Assembly (NCBI GenBank): GCA_964602245.1
Contig: CAZRPY010000001.1
Coordinates: 152,246 to 216,245, forward strand
Reading direction: 5' to 3'
Length of the DNA: 64,000 bases
Source of the DNA: an uncultured Methanosarcinales archaeon
GTDB taxonomy: Archaea; Nanobdellota; Nanobdellia; Woesearchaeales; JACPIF01
Part shown: piece after piece, positions 8,974 to 17,361 of the stretch
How the letters are laid out: every line of letters begins with the position of its first letter
How positions within the stretch are numbered: position 1 is the stretch's first letter
Position numbers and translations under genes: made by a program
The notes under the pieces: model-generated
Told to the model about the DNA's origin: nothing
Database searches by the model: none
Seen by the model: the letters and a program-made list of their open reading frames with translations, nothing else

Positions 8974-9126
8974 ATTATTTTGATTTGCATAACTAGTGGA
9001 TTTCTTTGTGTTGGCGTAGTTAATGCAAATTATTTTAATATTTTTTATTGATTAATGCGAGTTATTGCTATATTATCTTTATTAGTTCGATGCAAATTAT
9101 TATTGTTTTGACTGGCTTTACTTTCT

Positions 9127-9606
9127 TTATTGAATCGGATAATAAGTAACCTCTAAAATGCCAAAATTATATTTATTGCTAACAGGATCATATAAGGATA
9201 CAGGTATTGGGGTGAACAGATAACCTGTTCCAGTAACATTCCTATCATAAATAAGCCATTCCTTTTTAATTGGATATATTTGTCTTACAATCAATTTACT
9301 GGATTCAAAATTATCATAATAGTTTACTTGTAAAGTTTGGTCAGCCTTAAGCATATTGCTCATAGCCTCTAATTTTAATATGTCTATACAGTTGTCTGTC
9401 ACAATATTATTGGAGGAGCATTGAAGTTCTGGTAAGGTAAAGGCTCTCTGGGCAACCTCTACTGCTCTTTTCTCATTTTCTTCAATTATTAAGCCTTGGT
9501 AGCTAGTTGCCTGGATTCTTGCATAAAAAACAAAGCCAAATATAACAAGCAAAAAGAAAATAAACATAACGCCTATTGTTTCTGTCATTTTAATCTGAGC
9601 TTTCAT
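9127..9606 (-). CDS. Pilin-like or membrane-anchored protein
   Basis: The N-terminus is MKAQIKMTETIGVMFIFFLLVIFGFVFY. Confidence 0.45.
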   Translation of the reverse strand: MKAQIKMTETIGVMFIFFLLVIFGFVFYARIQATSYQGLIIEENEKRAVEVAQRAFTLPELQCSSNNIVTDNCIDILKLEAMSNMLKADQTLQVNYYDNFESSKLIVRQIYPIKKEWLIYDRNVTGTGYLFTPIPVSLYDPVSNKYNFGILEVTYYPIQ

Positions 9607-9607
9607 T

Positions 9608-10675
9608 TTAATATACCTCTCTACATGACAGTCTTTGAAGTTGTTGATTTCTGGTTTTTAGCTCTGAAGAAGATTGTAAGATTAATGCTGTTTCTTGTTG
9701 AGAAATGGCAGAAGATAATTTTTCTGAATTAGATTTTAAAGATTGTAATGCATCAAGGCTTAAAGATAATTGAGTTGCACAGGTTGTATCTCCTGACTGT
9801 TGGTAAGATTTAATTAAGCTATTAGTCCTATGTATATAGATATCAGAAACAATAGACATCTGCTTAAAAGCTCTTTGCATGTTGCAGTTATATGATTTAT
9901 AATCATCTGCAAATACTGCAGCAAATACAGATTCTTTACCAAGATAGTAGCTAATGCCTGCAGGAACTGGTGACCAATAACCATTTATTTTATTATAGAA
10001 TCTTAACTCACCAAAACTTTCTAGAGAATTTCCTACTATATTAATTGCTGATACATCTTCATTATCTAGAGTAATTATATCTAAAAGACCTTCACTACCA
10101 ACTGGATCATGGTTAAAGAATACTAACCTGATTCTATAATTGCCTTCACTTTTAATATTATTGGTATCTTTTATTACATCTTTATTAAGTAGTAATTGTT
10201 TATTATTTCCTTTGACAAGAAAATTTGGAGGTAAAGACTTGTTCAGTTCTTTGGCTATAGCAGAATCGCCAATTATAACATATTTTATATTTGGGCTTGT
10301 TACCATTAGGAAATTTGAAATCCTATAAGGCATACCCCAATCTTTTGACCATGCAGTAACCTTAAAGCCTTTAATTTTACTTGGAGAGAAAGAGATTCCT
10401 GTTTGTGCAGGATTAAGATTTTCTACAGAATATCCTTCACAATTATAGCTTATTTCTTTGCCGACTAAGTCTATTATAGATGCTGTGCCTGTACTGGACC
10501 TAGCACCAGTGAATATGGTTTTTATATCAGACCTGACTTTTGATGATACTTTTACCTCTGAGATGCTTTTTTGCCTTTCAGCTATACCTATAAAGAACAT
10601 AAGGATAATGCCACCTATTATTAAAATAAATATCCAGTTAAATTGTATCTCAACAAAACCTTTATTACCGAGCAT
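9608..10675 (-). CDS. Type IV pilin-like protein with class III signal peptide
   Basis: The N-terminus is MLGNKG|FVEIQFNWIFILIIGGIILMFFI. Confidence 0.6.
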   Translation of the reverse strand: MLGNKGFVEIQFNWIFILIIGGIILMFFIGIAERQKSISEVKVSSKVRSDIKTIFTGARSSTGTASIIDLVGKEISYNCEGYSVENLNPAQTGISFSPSKIKGFKVTAWSKDWGMPYRISNFLMVTSPNIKYVIIGDSAIAKELNKSLPPNFLVKGNNKQLLLNKDVIKDTNNIKSEGNYRIRLVFFNHDPVGSEGLLDIITLDNEDVSAINIVGNSLESFGELRFYNKINGYWSPVPAGISYYLGKESVFAAVFADDYKSYNCNMQRAFKQMSIVSDIYIHRTNSLIKSYQQSGDTTCATQLSLSLDALQSLKSNSEKLSSAISQQETALILQSSSELKTRNQQLQRLSCREVY

Positions 10676-10680
10676 TTTGA

Positions 10681-11187
10681 TTAGGTCCAGCTAGAGAATT
10701 CTACATAGCTACCCTTACCTTCTAGCTTTAGAGCAATTTTGCCAAAAATAACATTTTGGCAGAAGTAATGCTCTTTTGGTATCCTTATATTTCCTATGTC
10801 TATAGAGATAACGTTTGTGTCCTTTGATATTAAAAACATGTTTTTACTTATTCTATCTTTCCAGCTGTTGCAGATAACTGGATTATAATCCTGATTACCT
10901 AGAGTACAAATATTTGTTGATTCCTGGCCAGTATATGAAAGATCAATAAAACATATCTTGTCATATTTATTTGGGATGCTTACTTCTTCCTTAATGACTG
11001 TGCCATAATCTGAAGTAGTCTTTTTAACAGCTGACGATAATTGTTTACCAAGCTGAAGAATAACTACTGTATCTGCTTTTTCACCCAGATTTCTAATAGA
11101 ATTATACCCATAGACCATTATTAAAGAGAATAATACTATGGCTAAAATGTAGATAAAAACTTCTCCAATTACTTGGGCATTTTTCAT
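10681..11187 (-). CDS. Pilin-like or membrane-anchored protein
   Basis: The N-terminus is MKNAQVIGEVFIYILAIVLFSLIMV. Confidence 0.45.
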   Translation of the reverse strand: MKNAQVIGEVFIYILAIVLFSLIMVYGYNSIRNLGEKADTVVILQLGKQLSSAVKKTTSDYGTVIKEEVSIPNKYDKICFIDLSYTGQESTNICTLGNQDYNPVICNSWKDRISKNMFLISKDTNVISIDIGNIRIPKEHYFCQNVIFGKIALKLEGKGSYVEFSSWT

Positions 11188-11196
11188 CTTTTAATG

Positions 11197-14100
11197 TCAC
11201 TTTTTCCTCTTTTTTATTAAGATGTCTAATTTCTCAAATGAATTCTTGCTGGTTTTTAATTTTGGAACTTCTTTTTGAGCTTCCTTCTTTATCTCTGACT
11301 TCTTTTGCTCAGGCTTCTTAATCTCTGATATTTTCTCTTTACTTATCTCCTCTTCTTTTTTGCCTAGGCCAAAAATATCTAAGATACTACTTTTTGTCTT
11401 AAACTTCTCTTTCATCCTAAGCTCAAATAATTTATGTTTCTCCAGTTCTAACTGTGGTTTTTTAGTTGGCCTTAATTTAATTTCCTCCATTTTTTGATAT
11501 TGAGGCTGTTGAACTTTTGGTTTTGTTATTTGGAATTGGGGCAAACTTATTCTTTGAATTGATTTTAGTTTGTAGCCGTATTTTTTATATCCAAGAATTG
11601 CACCTGCAATAATTAAAATAAAGGCTAAGCTATATATTATATAGGGAAGAATTCTTGAGCTAGGGTGAGAATTCTTGTCTAAAGGATCTGTGCCTGCTAA
11701 TATTTCCACATTATCTCTATAGCCGTCATCGTCTGTGTCTGCTTTGAAAGGACCTGTTTTGGCTCTCTGTTCTTCAATATTATTTAGCTCATCTGTGTCA
11801 GTATCTTCTTCTCCGTCGTTTATACCATTATTATCTGAGTCTGGTAAAAGTTTATTTAAATTATGAAGGTCTTCCCACTCATTTGATAAGCCATCTCCAT
11901 CTATGTCTTCATCACAGATATCTCCAACGCCATCTTTATCCAAATCCTCTTGCTCAGGATTCTCTTCTTCAAGACAATTATCTCTTGAATCTGGAATGCC
12001 GTCTTCATCTTCATCTGGCTCCAGTAATACACACTTATTATGGATACAGTCTGCACCAATTGTGCAATCATCTTTAATATTGCATTGCCTACCTGCTTCA
12101 CACCTTAAAGGACAATAAATGCCACAATCTATGTCACCTTCGCCAGAATCAAGAACGTTATTTGAGCAAGGGCTGGGCTTTTTGCATACACCAAACTCAC
12201 AGTTGCCTGAGGAGCAATCTAAATTTTGGATGCATTTGGCTTCAAGGCTGCATTTATTTTGGCATGCGCTGCCACAATCTATGTCTGTTTCTTGGCCGTT
12301 TTTTATTCCATCATTACATGCTTCTTTTTTGCATTTCTTTGTTGATGGATGGCAAAAGCCAGAGCTACAATCAGAATTTTCTATGCATTTTGCATCTTCT
12401 TGGCAACCCTGGCATGAGCCACCGCAATCTATATCTGTTTCAGTTTGATCTTGTATATTGTTTGTGCAGTGGCTTGGCTTCTTTGAAATATCAATAGTAA
12501 CTCCATTACTTTCAAGTATTTTACTTGTCAAGCCAACTATATTTGTAGAATCTACTTTAAAGACATACTTTGTCTTATCAGTTAGATTGAGAGGCCTATT
12601 TGAGCTGTCTTTAGTAATTACTACAAATTCTCCACCTACTGTACTTTGGGTTTGGTTGATAATTGAGGATCTAGACGGCAGGGTTTCAAGGCTGTATCTG
12701 TAGTATTTAACCAAACTTTCATTTTCCTCTGCAAGCCATTTCACTCTTAGCCTGTCAGTTTCCCAAGTAAATTCTGGATCTTCTACTAGAGTGCTGCTAT
12801 CATTTACATATAACATTGCAGGGGGTGTTGTGTCAATTGTAAAAGCAATAGTAGCTATATTAGAAAAGACTCCTGCTACTATACATCTTGCATAATACGT
12901 ATGTGTTATTCCCTGCTGTAGATTTGCAACTGTTCTTTGATGCCTATAGCCAATTTCCCCAAAAGAATTTGAGATTGAATCTTGAGCTTGGCCATAATAG
13001 CATTGGGCTTTTTTATTTGTAGATATATCTAGGATTACATTTGATGTATTCGAATAACGAGGGGTATTAACCTGGATAGTTAAAGGCTCACTTTCATTGA
13101 TTTTGAAGGTAATAATTGAGGTATTGGATAACAAACCTGCTTCATTCTCACAGGAAACAAAATAAGTATATTCTTGCTTTGCTCTTGTAACAGTTAAATT
13201 TTGGCTATGGACCTTTTGATAATTTTCCTTATCTGGGAAAAAATTAGGCATTTCAGGATAGATTTTCTTTGAATCATCATATCTGCAAATAGTGTTGTCA
13301 TCTGTCTGAACTTTAAGCACTGTTTTTAGATCTGATTCTATTATTATTTCTGGTTGTGCAAAAGCTGCCAGAATAATAGGTGGTGTTTTGTCTATAGCAA
13401 CTTTAAACTCCTTTTCTATAACTCCCCAGACACCATCATCACATTTTACAAATAAAGCATGGTCTTTTTGATCGCCTTCTGGTATATCCTTAAAATTGTT
13501 AATTCTGTGAATTAAGCCTCCTGTTGCAGAGAAGTCTTTCATATTCTCAAAAATTGTTCCAGGCAAATCCATGATATATTTGCATTTGGCATCATTATCA
13601 GTGCCTATTGTTATGTTAAATACAGATTCCTTAGAAACTCCAGTTTTTGGGATTAACATAGTAATAACCGTTGGGACAGCATTTACTATAAAGCTAAAAC
13701 TGCCATTAACAGAATTTCCAGCATAATCAGTTGCCTTGACAAAGACTGATTTTAAGCCATCGCTAAGGTTTAGCTTTATTTGATGAAATCTATTATCAAG
13801 AGTAGTAAAATTGTCCTTTAAGTCAGATGTGAGTCCAGTAACTATAACATTATTCAGGTCAACTTCCTTAGTGAAGTTTAATGTTAAAACAAAGTTTGTA
13901 GATTTTATAGTAATATTATTCGGAGAGCCTGTAAACTTTGGTGGATTATTGTCAATATTAATTGTTATTACCCTTGGAGATTTCATAAATCTTCCAAAAT
14001 TGTTCCTTGCCATAATAGTAAGGTTATATTGGCCATCTGGCAATGGAGAGTTTGGAATAAAAGAATGGATAGTATTATTCTCGAAAACTTGTTGAGTAAG

Positions 14101-16080
14101 AGGTATACTAGTCTTATTTTCACCTATAAAACTAGAGAAGCTAATTATAGAAAAGTCTGAGAAAGTAATATTAATTATTGGTTTTATGTTGTTCGTGTAG
14201 AAAATTCTATTTGCAAATTTATCGCCTTGAACTGAAACCTTTAGTATAACAGGTCCAGTGACATTAGGAGAGGCATTAAAATTTAATGTCTTAATTACCC
14301 CTAAATTATTTGAAGGATCTCTTGTATAGAATTTTAATATATTTTCTCCAGGACTAAGGGTTAGGATTTGTTTAACTCCATCAAAAACCTTTAAGTTATT
14401 AACTATTAAGAAAGTATTAGTAGTTATTATTGGGAATTTTGAGCCATCAGTGCAGCTTTCAGTTAAAGTATTACAGATAAATATTTGATAATTGCTAGTA
14501 ACTCTTCTAGCAGAACCTATTTTTTCTGTTTTGTCTAAGATGTCTATATTGAATTGAGTTGGTATTCCTTCTTCAAATGTTGTTGGCACTATATTGGTAT
14601 CAGGAGGAAAGTAGTCTGCTTCACATTGTAAATTAGTGCAATCCCTATCTTGGCTGTAGTCTGCACTTTTGCTACATTCTCCAAATACTGAAGCGCAAAC
14701 GCCTATCCTACATTTGTCATTACTTCTAGAGGTTATGTTATTGGTAGAAGGATCTATTGAAGCCTTATTGAAGGAAAGGCATTCTTCGTTACTATAGTCC
14801 TTACATGTAACTTTTTCGCAGCTTAGGCTTTCCCCATTCTTAAAGAAGCATGGAAAGTCTTGAGTTGAAAGAGCTTCTGATTTCTCCTGAGTACAAATGT
14901 CAAATACTGAATTATAAGCTTTTAATGTTGGTGAGCTTGGGCTTCCCTTTTCAACACACCATTGGCAATTTTCCTTGTTCTTGTTAATACAAACACCTAT
15001 TCCAAGAGCTTGTATTGTATCTTTCCATAAGCAACCTGAGATTTGGCAGTTATCTGTTTCACATGCTGATTTTGTTTTATAATCATAACAATCCATGTTG
15101 GGATCACAGTTGTAGCATGTGTTGACTATTGTTGAAGATCTGTCAAAGAAGCAATATCTGTAATTTTGCTGAGTACCTTCACATCTTTGCTTATCTGTAA
15201 ACAGCCCAAAAGGATTATTAGTTGTATTTGTGCATTGAGTTTTTATTGCACATCTTGCTACACTTCCATCAGAAATACATGCACAAGATTGTCCTGTAAA
15301 GCAGTCTGCTGTTCCTGAGTTGCAATTTACTACTGGACTACTAAGTATATTTTCTTCATTACAGAAAAATGCTTTATTAAATCTTGAGGAAAAGGTATTT
15401 AATATTTCATTATTAAAGTTACTTGCTGTAAAGCCCTTTTTTGAGATAAGATAGGAAGAGTATTGGTTATAATATCCTTTATTTATGCAGAATTTGTCTT
15501 GGGTATTTCTATTAAAGCATTCAAGGTTACCTATTGAGAAATTAGAGCTAATTAATGAGGATTTGTCTTGAGTCCTGAAATAGCCTGTAACTTTATATGA
15601 ATAGTCCTTATCGAATAATAAGTCATCTGATTGATCAGTAAAGAAGTTGTCAGTAGTTGTGCCAATTAATTTAAAGTTACAAGTTGGCAAGTCACATCTT
15701 GAAATATTATAGAACTCTGCTGGACAATCAGATATCCATGTTAGAGTTACCTGCCTTTTACCTTGAACTGTAATTTTCTCAAGATTTTTAAGCTTTGGAG
15801 AGAAAGAAGGCTCATTGCAAGAAGTAAGATTAAGGCTTAATGTCGGGCTTCCAGAGCCGCAAACACTTGGACAGGTTTGCCTGCTGGAGGGGATTACAAA
15901 CCTAAACTGACAATTTTCTCTGCTTACAAAAGAATTTGGAGTTGCTATATTGCCATTACAACAACAGCCTGCATCTCCTGCTTTAACTAGATTAGATAAA
16001 GAAAGTAAGATAATTAACGATAAGAATATAATAGCTATATAAACTAAACTATTTCCTATAACTTTTATTTTGGCTTTCAT
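11197..16080 (-). CDS. Giant (1627 aa) cell-surface adhesin-like protein with signal peptide, Cys-rich repeats, thrombospondin type-3-like Ca-binding repeats and a C-terminal TM anchor with a Lys-rich tail
   Basis: It has an N-terminal signal. There are three roughly 48-aa repeats, each containing the motif ETDIDCGGxC...DCSSGxC. Asp-rich motifs DKDGVGDICDEDIDGDGLSNEWE and DSDNNGINDGEEDTDTDE are TSP3-like DxDxDG. A C-terminal hydrophobic segment ILPYIIYSLAFILIIAGAILG is followed by a K/E-rich tail. Confidence 0.7.
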   Translation of the reverse strand: MKAKIKVIGNSLVYIAIIFLSLIILLSLSNLVKAGDAGCCCNGNIATPNSFVSRENCQFRFVIPSSRQTCPSVCGSGSPTLSLNLTSCNEPSFSPKLKNLEKITVQGKRQVTLTWISDCPAEFYNISRCDLPTCNFKLIGTTTDNFFTDQSDDLLFDKDYSYKVTGYFRTQDKSSLISSNFSIGNLECFNRNTQDKFCINKGYYNQYSSYLISKKGFTASNFNNEILNTFSSRFNKAFFCNEENILSSPVVNCNSGTADCFTGQSCACISDGSVARCAIKTQCTNTTNNPFGLFTDKQRCEGTQQNYRYCFFDRSSTIVNTCYNCDPNMDCYDYKTKSACETDNCQISGCLWKDTIQALGIGVCINKNKENCQWCVEKGSPSSPTLKAYNSVFDICTQEKSEALSTQDFPCFFKNGESLSCEKVTCKDYSNEECLSFNKASIDPSTNNITSRSNDKCRIGVCASVFGECSKSADYSQDRDCTNLQCEADYFPPDTNIVPTTFEEGIPTQFNIDILDKTEKIGSARRVTSNYQIFICNTLTESCTDGSKFPIITTNTFLIVNNLKVFDGVKQILTLSPGENILKFYTRDPSNNLGVIKTLNFNASPNVTGPVILKVSVQGDKFANRIFYTNNIKPIINITFSDFSIISFSSFIGENKTSIPLTQQVFENNTIHSFIPNSPLPDGQYNLTIMARNNFGRFMKSPRVITINIDNNPPKFTGSPNNITIKSTNFVLTLNFTKEVDLNNVIVTGLTSDLKDNFTTLDNRFHQIKLNLSDGLKSVFVKATDYAGNSVNGSFSFIVNAVPTVITMLIPKTGVSKESVFNITIGTDNDAKCKYIMDLPGTIFENMKDFSATGGLIHRINNFKDIPEGDQKDHALFVKCDDGVWGVIEKEFKVAIDKTPPIILAAFAQPEIIIESDLKTVLKVQTDDNTICRYDDSKKIYPEMPNFFPDKENYQKVHSQNLTVTRAKQEYTYFVSCENEAGLLSNTSIITFKINESEPLTIQVNTPRYSNTSNVILDISTNKKAQCYYGQAQDSISNSFGEIGYRHQRTVANLQQGITHTYYARCIVAGVFSNIATIAFTIDTTPPAMLYVNDSSTLVEDPEFTWETDRLRVKWLAEENESLVKYYRYSLETLPSRSSIINQTQSTVGGEFVVITKDSSNRPLNLTDKTKYVFKVDSTNIVGLTSKILESNGVTIDISKKPSHCTNNIQDQTETDIDCGGSCQGCQEDAKCIENSDCSSGFCHPSTKKCKKEACNDGIKNGQETDIDCGSACQNKCSLEAKCIQNLDCSSGNCEFGVCKKPSPCSNNVLDSGEGDIDCGIYCPLRCEAGRQCNIKDDCTIGADCIHNKCVLLEPDEDEDGIPDSRDNCLEEENPEQEDLDKDGVGDICDEDIDGDGLSNEWEDLHNLNKLLPDSDNNGINDGEEDTDTDELNNIEEQRAKTGPFKADTDDDGYRDNVEILAGTDPLDKNSHPSSRILPYIIYSLAFILIIAGAILGYKKYGYKLKSIQRISLPQFQITKPKVQQPQYQKMEEIKLRPTKKPQLELEKHKLFELRMKEKFKTKSSILDIFGLGKKEEEISKEKISEIKKPEQKKSEIKKEAQKEVPKLKTSKNSFEKLDILIKKRKK

Positions 16081-17327
16081 TTTTTAGGTTTTCCCTCTGT
16101 CTCAAAAACAAAATCTTGATAATCTTCTAGTAGTTCGTCGCTAACTTTTACTGTTAATAACCAATTATTGTTAAATGGTGGAGTGTCTTGCGAGCTAATA
16201 GTGTAAGGAAGGCTTGGATTATAAGAATAACTGAGAGAATCTTCATCAGGGTCATAAGATGACTTTGGATTAGTATTTTGCTGAAATATTTGACTTCCAT
16301 CTCTAATTATAACTAGAGGAGAATTGGCACTGAAAGTAATTTCATCTCCTTCTCTAAGAGTTGGAAGAGCTTGCTCAATTATATAATGAAGGGCAGGATA
16401 CCTGTTTTGAATACTAAACTGGAATGTAAATGGCCTGCCATATAAAGTTGAAGCTGGATCTGTAATGGATAATACATCATCTTTTTTGAATAAATTTCTT
16501 GATAGGCTTACTTCCATTACATCAAAGTTTACCTGGCTTGCATCAAAATTTAATGAATTGGAGTCTGTATCTATTATAGTTCTTGCTAGATTATAAATAA
16601 GTTTAAGCCTAATTTTAAGTGGGACAGAAAAGTCTTCTATTTTTGTTATTTCTTCTCCAGTTACTTTATTAATTATTATTGGAATCTTGGCGTTAGCTAC
16701 TATATGGTTATCTCCAATTATTACTGAACTAGTTACATTTGTATAATTTATATTATAAGTTTTAAATGACTGGAAATTAAGGCATGTGCTGGCATTATTG
16801 TTAATAAAATGCTCTAATTGAGATAAAATAGATATGTTTGAGCCAGAAAGGTCTGGAAGAGAATTTTGACCATAATAACCATTATTAAGGTCTATTGTGG
16901 TGTAAGTTGTGTCAGTATAAGGAAATTCTGGCCATGGATAGCTTGGTGGTTGCCAAAAATATAATTGGCTAATATCTGAGCTTGGGCGTTTAAGGCCATA
17001 GCTAACTTTATAGCCTGAATATAATATGTGGTCATTTCCTAGTTCCTTAGTATCTGGAATAAAGCCACCTTGGGATTTATAGATAAAACTGCCTTGTTTT
17101 CCTATGAAATCTAAGGCTTTAAAAGCTGTTTCTTCAATGCATTTATTTACAAATTCTTTAATACTGGCAATTCCTATAGCTGTTTGCTGGCTTTCTGTAG
17201 ATTGCCTGCCAAGCTTTTTCTCTGTCTTGAAAAGAACTAAATAAAATAGGAATATAAGCATAGCAAAGATAACTATGCCTATTATTATCATTATCGTTAA
17301 TTGAGATTTAGTATAAATCTTTACCAT
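16077..17327 (-). CDS. Membrane-anchored hypothetical protein (416 aa)
   Basis: It has an N-terminal TM helix (LTIMIIIGIVIFAMLIFLFYLVLF). It overlaps the giant gene by 4 nt. Confidence 0.55.
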   Translation of the reverse strand: MVKIYTKSQLTIMIIIGIVIFAMLIFLFYLVLFKTEKKLGRQSTESQQTAIGIASIKEFVNKCIEETAFKALDFIGKQGSFIYKSQGGFIPDTKELGNDHILYSGYKVSYGLKRPSSDISQLYFWQPPSYPWPEFPYTDTTYTTIDLNNGYYGQNSLPDLSGSNISILSQLEHFINNNASTCLNFQSFKTYNINYTNVTSSVIIGDNHIVANAKIPIIINKVTGEEITKIEDFSVPLKIRLKLIYNLARTIIDTDSNSLNFDASQVNFDVMEVSLSRNLFKKDDVLSITDPASTLYGRPFTFQFSIQNRYPALHYIIEQALPTLREGDEITFSANSPLVIIRDGSQIFQQNTNPKSSYDPDEDSLSYSYNPSLPYTISSQDTPPFNNNWLLTVKVSDELLEDYQDFVFETEGKPKK

Positions 17328-17361
17328 TATACCTCCTTTTTTAAGCTATAAGAGTATTTTT

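Noticed and set aside
12119-12703. Plus-strand ORFs of 109, 111 and 81 aa, and further ORFs at 11883-12118, antisense to the giant adhesin gene
   Set aside because: They are Ser/Pro/Leu/His-rich low-complexity translations of the opposite strand of Cys-codon-rich repeats. They lie entirely inside a well-supported 1627-aa CDS.
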